This document shows positions 1 through 5,332 of a stretch of 11,454 nucleotides of DNA, one piece after another (position 1 is the first letter of the stretch; every line of letters begins with the position of its first letter). Both the position numbers and the translations under genes were made by a program. The notes under the pieces are model-generated. The model was not told the DNA's origin and searched no databases. It was given only the letters and a program-made list of their open reading frames with translations. The DNA comes from Thermodesulfovibrionales bacterium (GTDB lineage: Bacteria > Nitrospirota > Thermodesulfovibrionia > Thermodesulfovibrionales > UBA6898): positions 1 to 11,454 of the forward strand of contig JBIOIY010000071.1 of NCBI GenBank assembly GCA_044450345.1, in the 5' to 3' direction.

Positions 1-1156
1 CCTTCACCTCAGCCCTTTCGTAAAACGCCAAGCCCCTGACGATCTCGTATGGAATGCCGAATTGCATGAAGCTGCTTTCCAGACCCCGGGAAAGGAAGCT
101 CATGCGGATCAGGACGGCCATATCAGAATAGGAGTGTTTCGAGGCGAGATCCCTGATCTTTTCGGCGATACGTCTGTTTTCCGCGCCATGATCGACGGAG
201 TCACGGTATTCCACTTCCCCCTCTTCTTCCTTGTCGGTGTGAAGAGTGAGGACTTTGTCGGCCCACATGCGGTCCACCTTGCCGATGACGATGTTGGCGA
301 CATCGAGGATCTTTTTTGTCGACCGGTAGTTCTTTTCGAGCCTCATCTCGGTGGCCCCGAACTCCCGACCGAATTTCAGGATGTTTTCCGGGACGGCCCC
401 GCGCCAGGTATAGATAGTCTGGAAGGGATCACCGACCACAAAGATGTTGTTCCTGTTCTTGCCCGAAAGGAGTTTTACGAGGGAGTACTGGATCTCGTTG
501 GTGTCCTGGAACTCATCCACCATGAAAAAGTCATAGCGGTCCTGCCATTTACCGAGTGCCTCTGGCCTGGTTACGAAAAGATGGGTGGTGTAGTAAATCA
601 GATCGTCATAGTCCAGCGCGTTTGACTGTTCAAGGTCCCGTTGATAGGCATTTGCTACTTCAGCATACTGGTTCTGGGGAAAAGGCAAGGCTGAGATGTA
701 TTCGATCAAGTTGCCCCTGTATGCCTGCTTCGCTTTCGAGATCGTCTTCTGTGCGGCATCCGCTTCCTTGGGATCGAGATTAAACTGTTTCAGTATGTCC
801 TTCAACGTCTTTTTGCTGTCTGTCTGGTCGTAGATAATAAACTTTTTGTCGAAGTTCTTTCCGAGAGAGGCTATATCTTCCCTCAGGACCCGGACACAAA
901 ACGAGTGAAACGTGCTGACGGAGCGGGGCTTGATGGCGAGCATCCTTTCGACGCGGCCGGCCATTTCCTGGGCGGCCTTCTTCGTGAAGGTGATGGCGAG
1001 GACCCGGTGCGGCTTGATGCCCTTTTCTTTAATGAGATAGCCGATCTTGTGTGTAAGGACTTTAGTCTTGCCGCTGCCTGCTCCGGCCAGGAGCAATAGC
1101 GGTGAGCCGAAGTGCTCGACCGCAGCTTTCTGTTCTTGATTCAGTCCCTTTACCAT
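1..1156 (-). CDS. ATP-dependent DNA helicase, UvrD/PcrA/Rep (SF1A) family; 3' end runs off the window
   Basis: Hand-translated open frame from ATG 1156 to the window edge (385 codons). Motifs: MVKGLNQEQKAAV (Q motif), LAGAGSGKT (Walker A), LAITFTKKAAQEM (Ia), STFHSF, VDEFQDTN (Walker B), VVGDPFQTIYTWRGA (III), LEKNYRS (IV), then AVLIRMSFLSR and GIPYEIVRGLAFYERAEVK. An in-frame TGA at 1193-1195 bounds the start. No clear SD. Confidence 0.96.
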   Translation of the reverse strand, partial: MVKGLNQEQKAAVEHFGSPLLLLAGAGSGKTKVLTHKIGYLIKEKGIKPHRVLAITFTKKAAQEMAGRVERMLAIKPRSVSTFHSFCVRVLREDIASLGKNFDKKFIIYDQTDSKKTLKDILKQFNLDPKEADAAQKTISKAKQAYRGNLIEYISALPFPQNQYAEVANAYQRDLEQSNALDYDDLIYYTTHLFVTRPEALGKWQDRYDFFMVDEFQDTNEIQYSLVKLLSGKNRNNIFVVGDPFQTIYTWRGAVPENILKFGREFGATEMRLEKNYRSTKKILDVANIVIGKVDRMWADKVLTLHTDKEEEGEVEYRDSVDHGAENRRIAEKIRDLASKHSYSDMAVLIRMSFLSRGLESSFMQFGIPYEIVRGLAFYERAEVK

Positions 1157-1281
1157 TTTTTTCAGAGGAGTTGTTTCGATGATGCCGAAGCATCAACTTT
1201 ACTGTCGGACAACCTAGTCGATTTCGCGGATTTTTTGAACTTGTTCCCGACCTTCAGAGGATGCCGAACATTTCGAGTTTT

Positions 1282-1310
1282 ATTGTAAACGAGCCACGCA
1301 AAATCCACAA
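1282..1310 (-). promoter_or_regulatory. Putative sigma70 promoter for the helicase
   Basis: Minus strand reads TTGTGG (1310-1305), 17 nt, TACAAT (1287-1282). The -10 is good and the -35 is weak. Confidence 0.35.
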
Positions 1311-1505
1311 GTTTCACTCACAAAGAGCCCTCTGGCGCTCCCGCAGCGGGACCCGGACCGGGGTCCGATACGAAATGGCAGAATTGATAATATCCTTTTC
1401 TCGTGTTATTCTTTTCTCATGCTGAAAAGCAATTTTCTGTCAGTCTTCGACCGGTTCGAAGAGACATAATCAAGTAAGGGGCGCCTTTACGCTGAGGTGA
1501 AGCAA

Positions 1506-1688
1506 ATGGCAATTGAAACTAAAATCGAAGGGAATAAGCTTATTATCACATGCGACTTGGAGGAGCCGACACCAAGTGCATCAGGAAAAACCCTTGTAGT
1601 GGCCAGCACAAGAGGCAACATGAAGACATCGTTAACAGTAAATGGAAAACCTCTTACGATCGGATTAAATGCCTATATCCCCAAATAG
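1506..1688 (+). CDS. Small hypothetical protein (60 aa), beta-rich, with a PSASGKT-xx-VAST-x-GN motif
   Basis: GAGGTG SD at 1494-1499 lies 6 nt before ATG 1506, so the track's GTG 1497 start is part of the SD. Protein: MAIETKIEGNKLIITCDLEEPTPSASGKTLVVASTRGNMKTSLTVNGKPLTIGLNAYIPK. A hairpin follows it. Confidence 0.85.
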   Translation: MAIETKIEGNKLIITCDLEEPTPSASGKTLVVASTRGNMKTSLTVNGKPLTIGLNAYIPK

Positions 1689-1716
1689 AATGATCTCGGT
1701 GGCTTCTTTCTTCGGA

Positions 1717-1743
1717 GGCCTACCGGGGTAGGCCCTCTTCTTT
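1717..1743 (+). terminator. Possible intrinsic terminator after the 60-aa ORF
   Basis: Stem-loop GGCCTAC-CGGG-GTAGGCC (1717-1734) followed by CTCTTCTTT, an imperfect U tract. Confidence 0.45.
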
Positions 1744-1875
1744 GAAATAATCGGGGTAGAGCTTTTTTGCGCAGTCCGGGCAGATGCCGTGGCTGAACTC
1801 CGCCTCTTTGATGGTCATGAAGAGGGGAGAGATCCAGGCGATCCCGATCAGCATTAATGTCGACGTTGCGAGTCC
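1720..1875 (-). pseudogene. Remnant of a membrane sensor/regulator gene: the end of a TM segment fused to a C-terminal SHGICPDC zinc-ribbon-like tail
   Basis: Minus frame reads GLATSTLMLIGIAWISPLFMTIK-EAEFSHGICPDCAKKLYPDYFKEEGLPR* (stop 1722-1720, upstream in-frame TAA 1920-1918). EAEFSHGICPxCAKKLYP matches the tail of a domain I recognise from delta-proteobacterial/Nitrospirota signalling proteins (LLPICxxCKKIRDD...SHGICPxC). Its first CxxC half is absent here. Confidence 0.7.
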
Positions 1876-1931
1876 TTGGAGGTGTCGACCACAAAATGCC
1901 GATTCGGGCGCATCTTTTTATTGTATGCAGC

Positions 1932-1960
1932 TTGCGTTGATTTATGGCGCGGTGTATTAA
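1932..1960 (+). promoter_or_regulatory. Putative sigma70 promoter for murA
   Basis: TTGCGT (1932-1937), 17 nt, TATTAA (1955-1960), about 46 nt before the TTG start. Confidence 0.3.
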
Positions 1961-2006
1961 AGCAGGTGTTTGCGGTAAAATAGCAGAAAATTCCCGAGGA
2001 GATCCA

Positions 2007-3260
2007 TTGGACAAACTTGTTATCAGAGGCGGCAAGTCCCTTAAGGGAACGGTCAGGATAGGAGGGGCAAAAAATGCCGCCCTCCCGATCATGGCGGCAT
2101 CCTTGCTTGCGGCGGGGGAGCATCATCTGGGGAACGTGCCCGACCTCAGGGACGTGAGGACGATGGGGAGGCTCCTGGCGAACCTCGGCGCCGGGTTCCA
2201 CCTGGAAGACAATTCGGCGATCCTCGACTGCAGCAAGATCAGAAATTACGAAGCGCCGTATGAACTCGTAAGCACGATGCGGGCTTCTGTCCTTGCGCTT
2301 GGACCGCTGCTTGCCAGACTCGGGAAGGCAAAGGTGTCCCTGCCGGGAGGCTGCGCGATCGGCGCCCGGCCGATAAACCTCCACCTGATGGGATTCGAGA
2401 AGATGGGCGCCTCGATTACCCTCGAATCCGGCTATGTCTTTGTGAAGGCGAAGAAGCTGAAGGGGGCGTCGATTTATTTCGATATTCCTACGGTGACCGG
2501 CACGGAAAATATAATGATGGCCGCTTCCCTCGCGGAAGGGAAGACCGTCATCGACAACGCCGCCAGGGAACCGGAGGTCGTTGACCTGGCAGACGCCCTG
2601 AAGTCCATGGGTGCGAAGATCACCGGCGCGGGGGAGGGCGTTATCGAGATAGAGGGGGTGTCAGGCCTGCGGCCGCTCAGGCATGACGTCATCCCGGACA
2701 GGATAGAGACAGGCACCTTCATGGCGGCCGCCGGAATCACGGGCGGGGACATTACGATCAAAGGCTGCAACCTCCAGCACCTGGATGCAGTAATAAACAA
2801 ACTGAAGGACACCGGTATGAAGATCCGGCAGATCAAGACCGGCGTCAAGGTCACCGGACCGGAGAGGCCGGTGTCCGTGAACGCCAAGACCATGCCTTAT
2901 CCGGGGTTTCCGACCGACATGCAGGCCCAACTCATGGCGATGATGTGCGTTGCGGAAGGCACGAGCGTTATCTCCGAGAGTATCTTCGAAAACAGGTTCA
3001 TGCACGTTGCCGAATTAAGGAGGATGGGGGCCGACATCATAATCGAGGGCGGCGTGGCAACAGTCCGCGGGGTCAAGAAACTCAAGGGAGCACCCCTTAT
3101 GGCAACCGACCTGAGGGCGAGCGCATCGCTCATCGTTGCGGCCCTTGCGGCAGAGGGCGAGTCGACGGTGCACAGGATATACCATCTCGACAGGGGCTAC
3201 GACCGTATCGAGGAAAAGCTCCGCAAGATCGGCGCGGACATCAGAAGAGAGAAGGAATAG
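2007..3260 (+). CDS. murA: UDP-N-acetylglucosamine 1-carboxyvinyltransferase (417 aa)
   Basis: TTG start at 2007 with GAGGAG SD at 1996-2001 gives the canonical (M)DKLVIRGG N-terminus. Motifs: GAKNAALP, LPGGCAIGARP (catalytic Cys present, fosfomycin-target type), PDRIETGTF, PYPGFPTDMQAQ, FENRF, ATDLRA, HLDRGY. Confidence 0.98.
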   Translation: MDKLVIRGGKSLKGTVRIGGAKNAALPIMAASLLAAGEHHLGNVPDLRDVRTMGRLLANLGAGFHLEDNSAILDCSKIRNYEAPYELVSTMRASVLALGPLLARLGKAKVSLPGGCAIGARPINLHLMGFEKMGASITLESGYVFVKAKKLKGASIYFDIPTVTGTENIMMAASLAEGKTVIDNAAREPEVVDLADALKSMGAKITGAGEGVIEIEGVSGLRPLRHDVIPDRIETGTFMAAAGITGGDITIKGCNLQHLDAVINKLKDTGMKIRQIKTGVKVTGPERPVSVNAKTMPYPGFPTDMQAQLMAMMCVAEGTSVISESIFENRFMHVAELRRMGADIIIEGGVATVRGVKKLKGAPLMATDLRASASLIVAALAAEGESTVHRIYHLDRGYDRIEEKLRKIGADIRREKE

Positions 3261-3288
3261 ACACTACGGAACCTTCCCGGAGATACCC

Positions 3289-3302
3289 CCTACCAGGGTA
3301 GG
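3289..3302. promoter_or_regulatory. Palindrome CCTACC-AG-GGTAGG abutting a -35 box; candidate activator site
   Basis: Perfect 6-bp arms ending with a 1-nt gap before TTGAAT at 3304. Its centre is about -43.5 if +1 is near 3339. Confidence 0.45.
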
Positions 3303-3303
3303 A

Positions 3304-3332
3304 TTGAATGCATATCCGGAGAAGCTTATAAT
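3304..3332 (+). promoter_or_regulatory. Sigma70 promoter for the 3446-3996 gene pair
   Basis: TTGAAT (3304-3309), exactly 17 nt, then a perfect TATAAT (3327-3332). Confidence 0.7.
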
Positions 3333-3445
3333 TTTTGTAAGCTGACGAGTTATTTATAGAGACATTTTCTTTCTGCATGCGAGATGGATAGCGCCGGCAA
3401 AACTGAAGGAGGGATGGGGCTCGAAGGGGACCCCGGGAGGTACCG

Positions 3446-3742
3446 ATGAGAAACCTGATTTTGTTACTTTCAATGTCTGCAATTTGTACGATTTTTTATG
3501 CGTTGTTCCGGGTGGTCGTTCTCACGAAAAAGATCCCCGGAGGACTTGTGAAGCAGTACTGGAAGCTTTTCTATTACCTCATAGGTCTCCTCGCGGTCGG
3601 GTATCTCACGATGCCTTTGTTTCCCCGGCTCCCCGAGACATCCAGGGAGCTCATTGTGGCCATTATCTTCCTGGCCGGAGCTGTATTCGTCGTGAAAGTC
3701 ATTAATCTCTTTTTCAAGATCGTACAGGAGATAGGTCTATGA
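3446..3742 (+). CDS. Hypothetical small membrane protein (98 aa, three predicted TM helices)
   Basis: GGGAGG SD at 3435-3440, 5 nt before ATG. Three hydrophobic stretches are separated by KKIPGGLVKQYWK and PRLPETSRE. Its stop overlaps the next start (ATGA, 3739-3742). Confidence 0.85.
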   Translation: MRNLILLLSMSAICTIFYALFRVVVLTKKIPGGLVKQYWKLFYYLIGLLAVGYLTMPLFPRLPETSRELIVAIIFLAGAVFVVKVINLFFKIVQEIGL

Positions 3743-3996
3743 ACACGATGCAGGTCAAAGATGATCTGATGAACTGCGTTCATGAAAGCCTGGGAAGGGT
3801 TGCCAGTGTTATTTTCATTAAGAGGGCAGTGTCAATGATAGAAGCATCTTCGGACGACAAAGAGAGCCTCCTAGAAGCCTCCTGCAAGATCAGCAGGCTG
3901 ACCGAACTGTTTATCGATACGGATCTGGCTGGACAAATCCGTGAGAGCCTCAGGGCGAGGATTGAGGAGGGGGCAACGGACGGACCCCATGATTGA
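3739..3996 (+). CDS. Hypothetical soluble, predicted helical protein (85 aa)
   Basis: AGGAG SD at 3726-3730, ATGA overlap with the upstream gene, amphipathic helical pattern. It ends 24 nt from the convergent gene. Confidence 0.75.
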   Translation: MNTMQVKDDLMNCVHESLGRVASVIFIKRAVSMIEASSDDKESLLEASCKISRLTELFIDTDLAGQIRESLRARIEEGATDGPHD

Positions 3997-4020
3997 CCGG
4001 TCACTGCCCGCCGATAATAA

Positions 4021-4857
4021 TTAAGACTTCAACAGGCATGTCCTGCAGCTTTCTTCTCCACGTCCGCACAGACCTGAAATCCCGTGGTGACACAGGGCAA
4101 AATCGTATTTCATCGGGTCTTCGGGATCGAGCTTCTTAAGCGCCCCGGTGACCTCGACCGCTGTTTTCCAGTCCTGGGACTTTCGTGCGGTAAACCCGAG
4201 GCACCGCGAAATTCTCGCTATATGGGTATCGAGCGGGATGATCAGTTTGCTTTTCGGCATCTCCTTCCATATCCCGAAGTCTATGTCCTTGTCTCTCACC
4301 ATCCACCTGAGAAAGAGGTTTGCCCTCTTGCAGGCGCTGCCTTTTGCAGGAGATGGAAAAAACTGGCTCAATCCCGGAGGTCTGACGTCCTTCCCGTATA
4401 CCTGCGAAGTATCTGTCTTCAGGAAAGAGTCCATCAGACCTGTCAGCCCTCGTCCTGTGTCCGGATCGTCAGGGCTGCAAAAAGACCGAAAGGCATTTTC
4501 GAGGGAAGAGTATCTTTCTAATATCCTATGCAAGAGGAACAGAAGACAGATAATGTCATCGTTCTCGTTGAACCTGTATTTAATGCCCTTGAAAAACTTG
4601 CGGTTTTTCTTCGCATCGAACGCAAGCAGGAAATCATAAGGGCTCTTGCCCATTAAGGAGAGCACCTTTTCGACGACCGCAGTAAACAGGTCGACTCTCC
4701 CATAGGCAAAAGAAGAGGCGATGAACGCCGACACTTCGATGTCGCGGGGGTTTTCATACCTGTGGGGGAATCTTATCGGGTCATGAGAGATCCGCCCGGC
4801 GAAATCGTATTCCCGGTAGAATTTTTCGAGGACCTTCTTTAGGCGGGAAGGGGTCAA
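4021..4857 (-). CDS. TIGR02757 / DUF2400 family protein (HhH-GPD DNA glycosylase-like)
   Basis: TTG start. Family motifs: DPIRFPHRY, FAYGRV, SACKRANLFLRWMVR, DFGIW, LIIPLDTHIAR, RKSQDWKTAVE, DPEDPMKYDFAL. The C-terminus is Cys-rich. Confidence 0.9.
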   Translation of the reverse strand: MTPSRLKKVLEKFYREYDFAGRISHDPIRFPHRYENPRDIEVSAFIASSFAYGRVDLFTAVVEKVLSLMGKSPYDFLLAFDAKKNRKFFKGIKYRFNENDDIICLLFLLHRILERYSSLENAFRSFCSPDDPDTGRGLTGLMDSFLKTDTSQVYGKDVRPPGLSQFFPSPAKGSACKRANLFLRWMVRDKDIDFGIWKEMPKSKLIIPLDTHIARISRCLGFTARKSQDWKTAVEVTGALKKLDPEDPMKYDFALCHHGISGLCGRGEESCRTCLLKS

Positions 4858-4879
4858 TTGCCTTCGAGGTACTTACGGC

Positions 4880-5332
4880 CTATCTCGATTTGCCTATGCT
4901 GCCCGGAGGCGGCTCGTTGATGATAGACCAGAAGGCCCCCAGACTTTTGATGGCATCGACGAACTGGTGAAAGTCAACGGGTTTAACGACATAGGCGTTT
5001 GTGCCGAGCCTGTACCCCTCAACCATGTCCTTTTCCTCACGGGAAGAAGTGAGGATGACCACCGGGACCATTTTCAATGACTCTTCGCTCTTCATTCTGC
5101 GGAGGACCTCAAGACCGTCCACCTTGGGCAGTTTCAGATCGAGAAGCACCACGACAGGGTTGCCGTTTTCCCTGGTTGCGAACTCGCCGCGGTGCATAAG
5201 ATAATCGAGCGCCTCCTCGCCGTCACGCGCCACCACTACCTCATTTGCGAGATTGTATTCGGCGAGGCCGGTCAGGGTAAGTTCAAGATCATTCGGATCG
5301 TCTTCAACCAGTAAGATGCGTTTCAGCTGCAT
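4880..5332 (-). CDS. Single-domain response regulator (receiver only, Rcp1-like)
   Basis: ILLVEDD acidic pocket, LLDLKLP phospho-Asp, ILTSS, YVVKP, and a C-terminal LGAFW typical of receivers paired with COG4251-type kinases. AAGGAGG SD. Overlaps the kinase 3' end by 29 nt. Confidence 0.95.
   Translation of the reverse strand: MQLKRILLVEDDPNDLELTLTGLAEYNLANEVVVARDGEEALDYLMHRGEFATRENGNPVVVLLDLKLPKVDGLEVLRRMKSEESLKMVPVVILTSSREEKDMVEGYRLGTNAYVVKPVDFHQFVDAIKSLGAFWSIINEPPPGSIGKSR

Noticed and set aside
62..1099. Track ORFs 62-625, 556-783, 905-1099 (+) and 109-303 (-)
   Set aside because: They are shadows or off-frame overlaps of the motif-complete helicase on the minus strand.
1237..1246. GAAC-TT-GTTC as a Gram-positive-type SOS box
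   Set aside because: The spacer is 2 nt, not the required 4.
1944..2006. 21-aa N-terminal extension of MurA from ATG 1944
   Set aside because: The SD and the canonical N-terminus point to TTG 2007, and the extension overlaps the candidate promoter.
1673..3345. Minus-strand and alternate-frame ORFs over murA (1673-2092, 1854-2384, 2474-2893, 2661-3005, 2897-3133, 2945-3301, 3136-3345)
   Set aside because: They overlap murA and show no recognisable motifs. The real minus-strand signal at 1720-1875 is in a different frame from 1673-2092.
3384..3449. Leader as a c-di-GMP-I riboswitch (GGCAAA...TACCGATG), or as a 21-aa uORF ending on the next ATG
   Set aside because: It lacks the GNRA-capped stem and the GACGCAAAG-type core of the GEMM motif, and the uORF has no properly spaced SD.
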